This document shows positions 28,244-38,581 of a DNA stretch of 64,000 nt, one piece after another; positions within the stretch are counted from its first letter, which is position 1, and every line of letters starts with the position of its first letter. The stretch comes from an uncultured Chloroflexia bacterium (lineage in GTDB: Bacteria; Chloroflexota; Limnocylindria; Limnocylindrales; CSP1-4), in NCBI GenBank assembly GCA_963801745.1, contig CAWDFY010000002.1:108885-172884 (forward strand). Reading direction: 5' to 3'. The position numbers and the translations under genes were made by a program. The notes beneath the pieces were generated by a model. That model ran no database searches. It was not told the origin of the DNA and saw only the letters and a list, made by a program, of their open reading frames with translations.

Positions 28244-29415
28244 CCCGGACCGACTGGGATGTGGTCGTGGTCGGCCTCGGGGCCATCGGGTCGGCCGCGG
28301 CCTACTGGGCGTCGTCGCGGCCCGGCGTCCGCGTGCTCGGTCTCGAGCGCTTCGAGCTCGGCCATGCCAACGGGGCCTCGGCCGACCACAGCCGGATCAT
28401 CCGCCTCTCGTACCACCGGCCCGATTACGTCCGCCTCGCCGAGCGGGCCTACGCGTCGTGGACGATCGTCGAGGACGAGGCCGGCGACCGGATCGTCACC
28501 GTGACCGGCGGCCTGGACCTGTGGCCGGCCGATCCGGCCATCCCGCAGGCGGACTACACCGACAGCCTCGCGGCGGAAGGCGTCCCGTTCGAGCTGCTCG
28601 ACGCGGCCGAGATCATGCGCCGCTGGCCGCAGTGGCGGCTGACTGACGACGTCACGGGTATGTGGCAGGCGCGCGGCGGCATCGCCGACCCGTACCGCGG
28701 CAACGCCGCCCATCGCCGGCTGGCGGAGGCCCGCGGCGCGACGCTGCGCGAGCGGACCCCGGTCGATGCGATCCGGGAGCGCGGCGGTGCGTACGAGGTC
28801 GACGCTGGCGGGACCACGCTGACGGCAGGCGCGGTCGTGCTGGCGACGGATGCCTGGACGAACGACCTCCTCGCCGGCTTCGACCGGCGGCTGCCGCTCA
28901 CGGTCACGAAGGAGCAGGTGACCTACTTCGCCGCGCCCGATCCCGCGGCGTTCAGCCCGGACCGGTTCCCGGTGTGGATCTGGATGGACGACCCGTCGTT
29001 CTACGGCTTCCCCGTCTACGGCGAGGCCGGACCGAAGGTCGCCCAGGACTGTGGTGGCCGGCCGACGACCCCGGCGACGCGGACGTTCGAGCCCGACGAG
29101 GCGATCCGCGACCGGGTCCGCGCCTTCCTCGAGACGCGCCTGCCCGGCGCGCTCGGGCCGGAGCTGCTCACGAAGACCTGCCTCTACACGCTGACGCCCG
29201 AACGCGACTTCGTGGTCGACCGGCTGCCCGACGCGCCCGGGGTGGTCGTCGGGCTTGGGGCGGCGCACGGCTTCAAGTTCGCGTCGGTGCTGGGCCGGAT
29301 CCTCGTCGAGCTCGCCCTCGACGGCGGCTCGCCATCGGGCGGTGAGCTCGGGGCGTTCCGGATCGACCGCCCGATGCTGCTCGCGGCCGATCCACCGCTG
29401 CTGCCGCTCGTCTGA
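28240..29415 (+). CDS. solA: Monomeric sarcosine / N-methyltryptophan oxidase family
   Basis: GLGAIG, SADHSRIIR, CLYTLTP.RDFVVD (covalent FAD Cys), AHGFKFAS; ATGA overlap. Confidence 0.82.
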   Translation: MTRTDWDVVVVGLGAIGSAAAYWASSRPGVRVLGLERFELGHANGASADHSRIIRLSYHRPDYVRLAERAYASWTIVEDEAGDRIVTVTGGLDLWPADPAIPQADYTDSLAAEGVPFELLDAAEIMRRWPQWRLTDDVTGMWQARGGIADPYRGNAAHRRLAEARGATLRERTPVDAIRERGGAYEVDAGGTTLTAGAVVLATDAWTNDLLAGFDRRLPLTVTKEQVTYFAAPDPAAFSPDRFPVWIWMDDPSFYGFPVYGEAGPKVAQDCGGRPTTPATRTFEPDEAIRDRVRAFLETRLPGALGPELLTKTCLYTLTPERDFVVDRLPDAPGVVVGLGAAHGFKFASVLGRILVELALDGGSPSGGELGAFRIDRPMLLAADPPLLPLV

Positions 29416-29555
29416 AGGACCCGTCCAGCGGTCCCATTTCTTGCACCGGTCCCCGGCCTGTGCGAGGGTACGGCCGACTCGACCGGCGACGGTCAGGCAA
29501 CCGCGACGAAGCGGCGACCCGAGGAGAGGCGCGGGTCGCCTGGAGGAGGAGTCGA

Positions 29556-31472
29556 ATGCGTTCGACCACGCGTGCCCGGATGGGTCGGATCCTTGCTGCG
29601 GTCGGGCTGCTCGGCGCGCTGCTCCTGCCAGCGGCGTCGCCGATCTCGGCGGCGAAGGGCGACGGCATCCTTCGCGTCGGGACGGACCAGGAGTTCTCCG
29701 GCCTCAATCCGTGGGCAGCCACGTACGTCCTCGACTACGAGGTCTTCACGCTCAACTACGACCTGCTGGTCGGATATGACCAGAACCTCGAGTACACGGG
29801 CGGCTTCGCCGAATCGTGGGAGACGTCAGAGGACGGCAAGACGACGACCTTCAAGATCCGGCCCGGGATGCAGTGGTCGGACGGCCAGCCCGCGACGGCG
29901 GAGGACGCCCTCTACACCTACCAGCTCGTGCTGGACGCGACGGCCGAGGAGGTGACCCTCGGATCCGGTTACCTGGACGGGTACCTGACGTCCGCCAACC
30001 TCGCCGCGGTGAGCGCGCCCGATGCCGAGACGTTCGTGGTCGAAACGTCGACCCCGACGTCCCTGCTGATCCCCGCGTATGTGCCGATCCTGCCGAAGCA
30101 CATCTGGGAGGGGCACACGCTCCAGCAGATCGCCAACGCCGAGGCCGAGGGCTTCTTCGCGAACGACCCGCCGGTCGTCGGGACGGGTCCGTACCAGGCC
30201 GTCGAGTTCGTCGCCGGCCAGTTCATGCGCTTCGCGCGCAACGAGAACTACTGGGGCAAGCAGGGCGCCGCGGACGAGATCATCCTCCAGCACTTCGAGA
30301 GCAGCGAGACGATGGTGGCGGCGCTGCGGAACGGCGAGATCGACTACGCGCGAGGCATCGCCGCCGACGCCTTCGATGCCCTCGAGGGCGATCCGGAGAT
30401 CACCACCGTCGAGGGCTTCGCGAACGGCTATTCATACCTGACGTTCAACGGGTACCCCCGTCCGATCGAGGGCGGTGGGGCGTCCACCACCGCGGTCGCC
30501 GACCCGGCGTTCCGCGATGCGCTCGGCTACGCCGTCGACCTGGAGGTGCTGGTGGACCGTGTCCTGGCGGGCCACGGCACGCCGGGAACCAGCCTGCTCC
30601 CGCCGTTCCATGCCAACTGGTATGTCCCGCCCGCTCCCGACGTGCTGCGCACATTCGACCTCGCGGCGGCCGACGAGAAGCTCGTCGCGGCCGGCTACGT
30701 CAAGGACGCCGCCGGAAAGCGCCTCGACAAGGAAGGCAAGCCGATCAACCTCGCGTTGACCTGGCCGACGTCCGAACCCGAGCTCGCGACGGCCGCGCAA
30801 TTCATCACGGAGTGGTGGGGCACCCTCGGGATCGGGGTCGAGGCCGGCGTCACCGACGACGACACGCTCCTGGTCGACATCACGCCGCCCGAGTACGACC
30901 CCCCGGGTACGGCCAAGTTCGACACGTACATGTGGGGTTGGGTCGGCGACGTCGATCCCTCGTCACTCCTCGATCCGTTCACGACCGAACAGATCGGTGC
31001 CTCGAGCGACACGTTCTGGTCGAACCCCCGATTCGACGAGCTGTTCGTCCAACAGGGCCAGACCCAGGACGTCGCCGAGCGCAAAGCGATGCTCCAGGAG
31101 ATGCAGGAGATCTTCTACCGGGAGCTGCCCAACATCCCCCTCTACTACGACTCCGAGCTGCACGCCTACCGGACCGACAACTTCACCGGCTGGGTGAACC
31201 AACCGCCCGAGACGGGCACGCCGCTCTTCGGCTTCGGGCCGATCGGGTACACGGTCCTGACGGCTGCCGGCTCCGAACCGAGCCCGAGCGCGTCGGCGGG
31301 CGCTGCGCCGTCCGCGGGTGCGTCGCCGAGTGCCGGCGGCGGCACGGGCGCACCGGCGTCCGACTCGAACACGGGGTTGCTGCTCGCGATCGCCGCGATC
31401 GTCGGCGTCGCCGTCGTCGGCGGCGGTCTCCTGATGCGCCGACGCGGGGCGACGAACGCCGAGGAGGAGTGA
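29556..31472 (+). CDS. ABC peptide/nickel-type substrate-binding protein (family 5) with a C-terminal membrane anchor
   Basis: Signal peptide, WSDGQP.TAED, VGTGPY, FRDAL; C-terminal S/A/P linker + TM + RRR; GGAGGAGG RBS. Confidence 0.9.
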   Translation: MRSTTRARMGRILAAVGLLGALLLPAASPISAAKGDGILRVGTDQEFSGLNPWAATYVLDYEVFTLNYDLLVGYDQNLEYTGGFAESWETSEDGKTTTFKIRPGMQWSDGQPATAEDALYTYQLVLDATAEEVTLGSGYLDGYLTSANLAAVSAPDAETFVVETSTPTSLLIPAYVPILPKHIWEGHTLQQIANAEAEGFFANDPPVVGTGPYQAVEFVAGQFMRFARNENYWGKQGAADEIILQHFESSETMVAALRNGEIDYARGIAADAFDALEGDPEITTVEGFANGYSYLTFNGYPRPIEGGGASTTAVADPAFRDALGYAVDLEVLVDRVLAGHGTPGTSLLPPFHANWYVPPAPDVLRTFDLAAADEKLVAAGYVKDAAGKRLDKEGKPINLALTWPTSEPELATAAQFITEWWGTLGIGVEAGVTDDDTLLVDITPPEYDPPGTAKFDTYMWGWVGDVDPSSLLDPFTTEQIGASSDTFWSNPRFDELFVQQGQTQDVAERKAMLQEMQEIFYRELPNIPLYYDSELHAYRTDNFTGWVNQPPETGTPLFGFGPIGYTVLTAAGSEPSPSASAGAAPSAGASPSAGGGTGAPASDSNTGLLLAIAAIVGVAVVGGGLLMRRRGATNAEEE

Positions 31473-31513
31473 CGGCCGACCAGGCATCGCCCGCTCCGAC
31501 GCGCTGACAAGCG

Positions 31514-32488
31514 ATGGCCACACGGTTCGCGGTGCGCCGCCTGGTGCAGGCGGCCATCACGATCCTCATGATCATCGTGCTCAACTTCCTGCTCTTCCGG
31601 GCGATGCCTGGATCGCCGGAACGGATCCTCGCGCGGAACCCGAACGTCTCGCCCCAGGCCATCCAGCAGATCCGGGAGCGCTGGGGGATCGACAAGCCGC
31701 TGGTCCCCGACCAGCTGGTCGCGTACATCGCGGCGACGGCTCGCGGCGACCTTGGGAATGCGTTCGCGTCCCAGGGCCGGCCGGTGACCGAGGTGATCGG
31801 GAGCCGGCTCGGGCCGACGCTGCTGCTGTTCGGCCTCGGTGAGCTGATCGCGATCGTCGTGGGCCTCGGACTCGGCGCGTACGCCGGCTGGCGACGGGGC
31901 GGGGCGGCCGACATCGTCGGCAACGGGGTCTCGTTGATCCTGTACTCGATGCCCTACTTCCTGCTCGGGATGATCCTGCTCCTGATCTTCGCCACGACGC
32001 TGCACTGGTTCCCGTCCTTCGGCATGACGACCCCGGGCGCGACCTACGACTCGCCGCTCGAGTATCTCGGGGACCTCCTCTCGCATCTCGTCCTGCCCGT
32101 CGCGACGGTCGCCCTCGGGCTGATCGGCCAGTACTCGATCCTGATGCGCTCCTCGATCATCGAGACGCTCAACGACGAGTACATCACCACCGCGCGGGCG
32201 AAGGGCCTGGTCGAGGGACGGATCCTGCGGGCGCACGCGATCCCCAACGCGATGCTCCCCGCCGTGTCGCTGATCGCCATCAACCTCGGCTACGTGGTCG
32301 CGGGAGCGATCACCGTCGAGGTCGTCTTCAACTGGCCCGGCCTGGGGACCTTGACGGTCGAGGCGTTGAATGCCCGCGACTACCCGGTCCTGCAGGGGAT
32401 CTTCCTGGTGCTGAGCGTCTCGGTCGTGGTGGCCAACCTCGGTGCCGACATGATCTACGGGCGGCTCGACCCGCGGGTACGGGCGTGA
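31514..32488 (+). CDS. ABC peptide transporter permease (OppB/DppB-like)
   Basis: EYITTARAKGL EAA loop, VEVVFNWPGLG, RDYPVLQG. Confidence 0.92.
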   Translation: MATRFAVRRLVQAAITILMIIVLNFLLFRAMPGSPERILARNPNVSPQAIQQIRERWGIDKPLVPDQLVAYIAATARGDLGNAFASQGRPVTEVIGSRLGPTLLLFGLGELIAIVVGLGLGAYAGWRRGGAADIVGNGVSLILYSMPYFLLGMILLLIFATTLHWFPSFGMTTPGATYDSPLEYLGDLLSHLVLPVATVALGLIGQYSILMRSSIIETLNDEYITTARAKGLVEGRILRAHAIPNAMLPAVSLIAINLGYVVAGAITVEVVFNWPGLGTLTVEALNARDYPVLQGIFLVLSVSVVVANLGADMIYGRLDPRVRA

Positions 32489-33423
32489 CGACGCCGTCCG
32501 TCACCGCGACGCCCGGGACCCTGGCACCCGCTGCGCCCCCCGACCGACTGCTCCGTCGGGTCCTGGGCAGGCCCGACGGCCTGATCGGATTCGCCATCCT
32601 GGCCTTCTTCACCGTGCTCGCCCTCATCCCCGATGTCCTCGTCGGCCCGTTGCAGACAGCGGTGACGGCGACGGGCGGCCGGCTCGAACCACCAAGCCTG
32701 CAGTACCCGCTCGGTACCGACGAGATCGGGCGGAGCATGCTGAACCTCACGGTCCACGGCACCCGGATCTCGATGGTCATCGGCCTGCTCGCGACCGTCA
32801 TCACCGTGTTCCTGGGCGGCGTGATCGGTGTCGTCAGCGGGTTCGTCGGCGGTCGCACGGACGGAGCCCTCATGCGGGTGACGGACTTCTTCCTCGTCCT
32901 GCCGACGTTCGTCCTCGCCCTGATCCTCGCGCCGATCATCGCCGACGTGATCGGGTCCGGGAGCGTGTTCTTCGGCATCCGCACCACGCTGATCGTGATC
33001 GTGGTCGTCGTCGGCATCACCAGCTGGGCATCGACGGCGCGGATCCTGCGCGCCCAGACGCTGTCGCTGAAGGAGCGTCCGTTCGTCGATCGGGCCCGCG
33101 TCATCGGCGCAGGCCGCATGCACATCATGGCCAACCACATCCTGCCCAACGTCATGAACCTCATCGTCGCGAACGCCGTGCTCGTGTTCGCGGGTGCGGT
33201 GCTGACCGAGACGACGCTGTCCTTCGTCGGCCTGGGCGATCCGTTCCAGCCGTCCTGGGGTCAGCTGCTGAACGCCGCCGAGGAGGTCGGTGCGCCGAGT
33301 CTCGGGGCGTGGTGGTACTTCGTCCCACCGGGCGCCTGCATCGTCCTGGTCGTGTTCGCGTTCACGTTGCTCGGCACGGCGCTCGACGACCTGCTGAACC
33401 CGCGCCGGAGGGCGCGCCGATGA
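32485..33423 (+). CDS. ABC peptide transporter permease (OppC/DppC-like)
   Basis: PLGTDEIGR, FVDRARVIGA, HILPN, LSFVGLG, SWG. Confidence 0.92.
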   Translation: MTTPSVTATPGTLAPAAPPDRLLRRVLGRPDGLIGFAILAFFTVLALIPDVLVGPLQTAVTATGGRLEPPSLQYPLGTDEIGRSMLNLTVHGTRISMVIGLLATVITVFLGGVIGVVSGFVGGRTDGALMRVTDFFLVLPTFVLALILAPIIADVIGSGSVFFGIRTTLIVIVVVVGITSWASTARILRAQTLSLKERPFVDRARVIGAGRMHIMANHILPNVMNLIVANAVLVFAGAVLTETTLSFVGLGDPFQPSWGQLLNAAEEVGAPSLGAWWYFVPPGACIVLVVFAFTLLGTALDDLLNPRRRARR

Positions 33424-34599
33424 GCATGATCCCGCCTTCCTCCCGACCCGGGATGACACCACCGGACATCGAGCCGGAGGAGCTGCTCGAGCCGGAGGAG
33501 CCGATCGAGCCGACCGCCACCACCACCACGGTCGTCCGTCGCGAACGCGTATTGCCCAAGCAGGCCGACCCGGCGGCTCCACTGCTGGTCGTCGAGGACC
33601 TACGGACGCACTTCACGGTCGGGTCGGGCACCGTGCATGCGGTCGACGGCGTGTCGTTCCGCCTTGACCATGGTGAGGCGCTGGGCATCGCCGGCGAGTC
33701 CGGCTGTGGCAAGACCACGACCGCCCTGTCGCTGGTGCGCATCCTGCCGGCCAACGCTCGGATCGTATCGGGCAGCATCAACCTGATGGGCATCGACCTC
33801 GTGCCCAAGAGCGAGAACGCCCTGCGGCGATATCGATGGCGCGAGATCAGCATCGTCTTCCAGGGCGCGATGAACGCGCTGAACCCTGTCCGCCGGGTCC
33901 GCGACCAGATCGCCGAGCCGATCGAAGAACGCCTCGGCGAGTCGCCGAAGGCCGCAGCCGAGCGCGCGGACGAGCTGCTCGAGCTGGTCGGGATCCCGCG
34001 CAAGCGCGGGAGTGTATACCCGCACCAGCTGTCGGGCGGGATGCGCCAGCGGGCCATGATCGCGATGGCGCTCGCGTGCGATCCGGCGGTCATCATCGGC
34101 GACGAGCCGACGACCGCGCTCGACGTGATGATCCAGGCGCAGATCCTCGAGCTGCTCGAGGACCTCCGCCACAAGCTCGGGCTGTCGATCATCCTCATCA
34201 CCCACGACCTCTCGGTCATCGCCGAGACCTGCGACCGGGTGATGGTCATGTACGCCGGTCGCGTCGCCGAGGAGGGCCCGGTCGACGAGGTCTTCCGTCG
34301 CCCCCGGCACCCCTACACGCAGAAGCTGCTCTCGGCGTTCCCGAACATCCACGCCGATCGGCGGACGCTCGACGTCATCCCGGGCTCGCCCCCGGACCTG
34401 CGCACCCCACCGCCGGGGTGCCGGTTCGCGCCGCGCTGCCCGCTCGTCATGGCCGTCTGTACCGAGGTCGTCCCGCCCGAGACGACGTTCGACGGGGTCC
34501 GGGTCGCCTGCCATCTCTACCCCCAGGAGGGCGACGGCGAGCCGGTCGCGGTCCCCGCGGAGGCCGCGATCGACCTGCCCGGCGAGCGGGGTCGCCTGA
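33420..34599 (+). CDS. ABC peptide transporter ATPase (OppD-like); stop masked by an extra G near 34590
   Basis: GESGCGKT, YPHQLSGGMRQR, DEPTT, HPYT, GCRFAPRC...VACH; TGATG junction at 34597-34601. Confidence 0.85.
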
Positions 34600-35658
34600 T
34601 GGTCGACGAGCTGTTCCGGATCGAGGGCCTCGAGGTCCACTTCCCGATCGGCGGCGGGCTGTTCGACACGCTGACCCGGCGGCCCATCGGGCTCGTCCGG
34701 GCGGTGGACGGCGTCGACCTGACGCTCCGCCGCGGCGAGGTGCTCGCGCTGGTCGGCGAGTCGGGCAGCGGCAAGACGACGATCGGCCGCGTCATCGTCA
34801 AGCTCACCCGCCAGACCGCAGGCAGCGTCACGTTCGAGGGGCGGGACGTCAGCGACCTCTGGTCGGTCAAGGAGCTGCGCGACTACCGCCGGCGGGTCCA
34901 GCTGATCTTCCAGGACCCGTACGAGACGCTCGACCCCAAGAAGTCGATCCACGAGTTCGTCGCCGAGCCGCTCGAGGTCAACGGCATCGGCACGCGCAGC
35001 GACCGGCGCGATCGGGTGCATCGCGGCGCTCGAGGCCGCCGGTCTGCGACCCGGCGCCGAGTACGCCTCGCGCTTCCCGCACGAGCTGTCGGGCGGCCAG
35101 CGCCAGCGCGTCGTCATCGCCGGAGCCCTGGTCATGGACCCGGAGGTCATCGTCGCCGACGAGCCGGTGTCGATGCTCGACGTGTCGATCCGGACCGAGC
35201 TGCTTCGCCTGATGCTCGACCTGCGCGAGGAGCGTGGTCTCACCTACCTGTTCATCACGCATGACCTGTCGCTCGCGTGGGTCATCGCCGACCGCATCGC
35301 GGTCATGTACCTCGGGCGGATCATGGAGATCGGGGCCGCCGAGACCGTGATCCGATCGCCGCGCAACCCGTACACCGAGGCCCTCGTGTCGGTCTCGCCG
35401 TCGCCGGAGCCGCCGACGCCTGGCGTGCGGACGAACCGCACGATCCTCAAGGGCGAGACACCGGACGCCGCGCACGTCCCGGCCGGATGCCGCTTCCACC
35501 CGCGCTGCCCGAAGGTCTTCGACCGCTGTCGCACCGAGTCGCCGCCGCTGTTCGACCTTGGCGACGGGCATGCGTCGGCATGCTGGCTGGCCGAGCCCGG
35601 GATGGCCGATGGCGGCCGCGCCCTGCCGGTCGTGGACGGGGCCGCACCGGTCACCTGA
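34599..35658 (+). CDS. ABC peptide transporter ATPase (OppF-like), with an apparent indel near 35020
   Basis: GESGSGKT and IFQDPY in one frame; FPHELSGGQRQR, DEPVSMLD and GCRFHPRC in the next. Confidence 0.85.
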
Positions 35659-35688
35659 TCGGGCGATTCGGGGCATACTCGCCGACCC

Positions 35689-37656
35689 ATGCTCGCTCGT
35701 CACCGCCGGGCCACGGTCGTCCTCCTCGCCGGTCTGTGCGCCGTGCTCACGGGCCTGCCCGGACCTGCGGTCGCCCAGGAGGAGCGGACGCTCCGCATCG
35801 CGACGGTCCAGGAGTTCGACTCGGTCAACCCGCACCTGTCGTTCATCGGCTCGTCGGCGGAGGCGATGATCCTCGACTACGACGTGCTGGTCGGCTTCGG
35901 GCCCGACCTCGATTACGCGCCGACGGGCTTCGCCGAGTCGTGGACCCAGGACGGCGCCTCGTGGACCTTCGCGATCCGCGATGGCATGCGCTGGTCGGAT
36001 GGCCAACCGGCCGACGCCGGGGATGTCGCGTTCACGTTCCAGTACATCCTCGCCAGCATGGACCCCGCCTACCAGGGCCCGTGGGCACCCGACGGCAACG
36101 ACGTCCCGGGGCAGGGCCAGACCCGCGGTGACGGGCGGCCCGACAACCCCCTGTCGCTGTACGGCGACGTGCTGGTCAACGCGGTCGGCCTGCAGACCGT
36201 CGAGCTGGTCGACGAGCGGACCGCCGTGCTGACCACGACGACCCCGACGACGCTGCTCCTCGGTGCCTACGTGCCGATCCTGCCCGAGCACATCTGGTCG
36301 ACGGTCACCTTCCGCCAGGCCGTCACCGACTTCCAGGCCGAGCCGCCGGTCGTCGGCACCGGCCCGTTCCAGATCGTGCAGTGGGAGCGAGGCACGTCGG
36401 CCCGCTTCGTCCGCAATCCGTTCTACTGGGGGAAGCAGCCGTTCCTCGACGAGGTCGTCTTCCGGTTCTACGACGACCAGCCGGCGATGGCCGCGGCGCT
36501 GCGGGCCGGCGAGGTCGACTACGTCAGGGGCGTGCGCCACGACCAGTTCGACGGCCTCGACGCCGAGGCCGACATCGTCGGCACGGCCGGCAAGGGGCCG
36601 GGCTACACCCACGTCGCGTTCAACGCCTATCCCGAGCAGATCGACGGCGGTGGGCCGTCCACGACGGCCGTTCGCGACCCGCTGTTCCGCGATGCGCTCG
36701 GCTATGCGATCAGTCCGGGACCGCTCATCGACGCCGCGCTGAGCGGGCACGCGACGCCCGGCACCACCGCGATCCCACCGCTGTTCGCGCCGTTCCACGC
36801 CGAGCCGTCGACCCCGCGCCGGTTCGATCCGACCGAGGCGCAGCGCCGGCTCGAGGCGGCCGGCTACCGGGACAGCGATCGTGACGGTCGCCGCGAGGAC
36901 AAGGAGGGACGCCCGATCGAGCTGCGGCTCTTCTTCCCGACGTCCGACCCCAAGTACGCCGCTGTGGCACGGGCGCTCACGTTCCGCTGGGAACGGGTCG
37001 GGGTCGGGGTGACCGCGCGGGGTCTCGCGTCCGACACGCTGGCGGAGCTGCTGTACGTACCCGAGGCCGGCGGCACGGCCGACTACGACGTGGAGCTGTG
37101 GGGCTGGACCGGCTCACCCGACCCGGATTTCCTCCTGTCGCTGCTGACGACCGACCAGATCGGCGTGTGGAGCGACAGCAACTACTCGAACCCGGCCTAC
37201 GACGCGCTGTTCGACCAGCAGCGCCAGGCGCCGACCGTCGAGGCCCGCCGGCTGATCGTCCACGACATGCTCGACCTCGCCTACGACGAGGCGCCCTACC
37301 TCATCCTGTTCTATGACGATGATCTGCACGCCTACCGGACCGACCGATTCGAGGGCTGGTCGGCCGGTCCGGGCGACGGCCGGGTGAACTTCTTCACGTT
37401 CGGTGTCGCGGCGTATCTCGACCTCGTCCCGGTCGGATTCACGCCGACGCCTAGCCCGGCGACGCCGACCCCGGTCGCGCCGAGCGTGCCGCCACCGACC
37501 CCGGCGCCCACCGCCACCCAGACGCCGTCGCCACAGCCGCTTGCCGGCGCCCGATCCGTGCTGACCACGCCGGTCCTGGTGGGGCTGCTGGTCGCCGTCG
37601 GCGGCGTGACCGCCGCGCTCGTCACGGTCAGGCTCCGACGCGGGCCGCGTCCATGA
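35689..37656 (+). CDS. Second family-5 ABC substrate-binding protein with a C-terminal anchor
   Basis: Paralog of 29556 (WSDGQPA, YVPILP.HIW, VVGTGP, LHAYRTD); P/T linker + TM + RLRR. Confidence 0.9.
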   Translation: MLARHRRATVVLLAGLCAVLTGLPGPAVAQEERTLRIATVQEFDSVNPHLSFIGSSAEAMILDYDVLVGFGPDLDYAPTGFAESWTQDGASWTFAIRDGMRWSDGQPADAGDVAFTFQYILASMDPAYQGPWAPDGNDVPGQGQTRGDGRPDNPLSLYGDVLVNAVGLQTVELVDERTAVLTTTTPTTLLLGAYVPILPEHIWSTVTFRQAVTDFQAEPPVVGTGPFQIVQWERGTSARFVRNPFYWGKQPFLDEVVFRFYDDQPAMAAALRAGEVDYVRGVRHDQFDGLDAEADIVGTAGKGPGYTHVAFNAYPEQIDGGGPSTTAVRDPLFRDALGYAISPGPLIDAALSGHATPGTTAIPPLFAPFHAEPSTPRRFDPTEAQRRLEAAGYRDSDRDGRREDKEGRPIELRLFFPTSDPKYAAVARALTFRWERVGVGVTARGLASDTLAELLYVPEAGGTADYDVELWGWTGSPDPDFLLSLLTTDQIGVWSDSNYSNPAYDALFDQQRQAPTVEARRLIVHDMLDLAYDEAPYLILFYDDDLHAYRTDRFEGWSAGPGDGRVNFFTFGVAAYLDLVPVGFTPTPSPATPTPVAPSVPPPTPAPTATQTPSPQPLAGARSVLTTPVLVGLLVAVGGVTAALVTVRLRRGPRP

Positions 37657-38210
37657 CCGTTCCTGATCGAGGCGTCGCGCCGCCGCTCGACCGGGCGGCC
37701 ATCGCCGATCTGCTGGCAGCTACGGCCGTGACGGTCGGCGAGGAGCTGCGTGCGCTCGGCGCCGACGCCGGGTGGCGTCCGGCACCCGGCGAATGGAGCG
37801 CCAGCGAGTGCGTCGGTCATCTCATCGAGGCCGAGCGACGTGGCTTCGCCGGGCGGATCCGGACGATCCTCGCTGCACCTCTTGAAGGCGGTCCGACGAT
37901 GCTGGCGGGGTGGGATCCGCCGTCGGTCGCCGCCGCGCGGCGCGATCACGAGCGACGGCCCGCCGAGCTCATCGACGAGTTCCTCGCGCTGCGGACCGAC
38001 AGCGTCGACCTGGTGCGCGGCCTGACCGCCGACGACCTCGGCAGGTCGGGACGGCACCCGGAGGTGGGCGAGCTGCGCGTCGGCGAGCTGCTCGGTGAAT
38101 GGGTCCACCACGACCGCAACCACGTCCGCCAGATGCTGGCGGTCACCCAGGCCCGGGTGTGGGACCAGATGGGCAACGCGCAGCGGTTCAGCCTCGAGGA
38201 GGCGGAGTAG
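37653..38210 (+). CDS. DinB/YfiT family metalloprotein
   Basis: WRPAPGEWSASECVGHL, HHDRNH. Confidence 0.85.
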   Translation: MTVPDRGVAPPLDRAAIADLLAATAVTVGEELRALGADAGWRPAPGEWSASECVGHLIEAERRGFAGRIRTILAAPLEGGPTMLAGWDPPSVAAARRDHERRPAELIDEFLALRTDSVDLVRGLTADDLGRSGRHPEVGELRVGELLGEWVHHDRNHVRQMLAVTQARVWDQMGNAQRFSLEEAE

Positions 38211-38227
38211 CCCGTTGCGGGTCTGGC

Positions 38228-38557
38228 TCAGCGCGGCTCGAGGATCACCACGACGATGGGACGCTCGGTCTTCTGCTGGTACGCCGCGTAGTTGCGGAGA
38301 CCGGCCACGAACCGTGGCCACAGCCGTTCCTGCTCATCGGCCGTGGCCTGCCGAGCCCGGACGGGACGCTCGGCCTTGCGGATCTCGACGGCCGCGTCCG
38401 GCGTCGCCTGCAGGTTCAACCACCATGCCGGCTCGTCGTCACGGCCGCCATTCGACGTGACGACGGCGACGTTGTCGCCGTCATCGACGTAGTACAGCGG
38501 CGTACGCCGCGCCTCCCCGGTCCGCCGTCCGGTCGTCCGGAGGTGGAGGGTCTGCAT
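38228..38557 (-). CDS. Deazaflavin (F420)-dependent nitroreductase family protein (Ddn-like)
   Basis: TTGRRTG..RRTPL, SNGG...PAWWLNL, YAAYQQKTERPI; short N-terminus. Confidence 0.85.
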   Translation of the reverse strand: MQTLHLRTTGRRTGEARRTPLYYVDDGDNVAVVTSNGGRDDEPAWWLNLQATPDAAVEIRKAERPVRARQATADEQERLWPRFVAGLRNYAAYQQKTERPIVVVILEPR

Positions 38558-38581
38558 GCGGACCGGGGTTCGGCTGGGGCG

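Noticed and set aside
33309-35264. Fused double ABC ATPase
   Set aside because: The TGATG stop/start at 34597-34601 and a G-run just upstream indicate separate OppD and OppF genes
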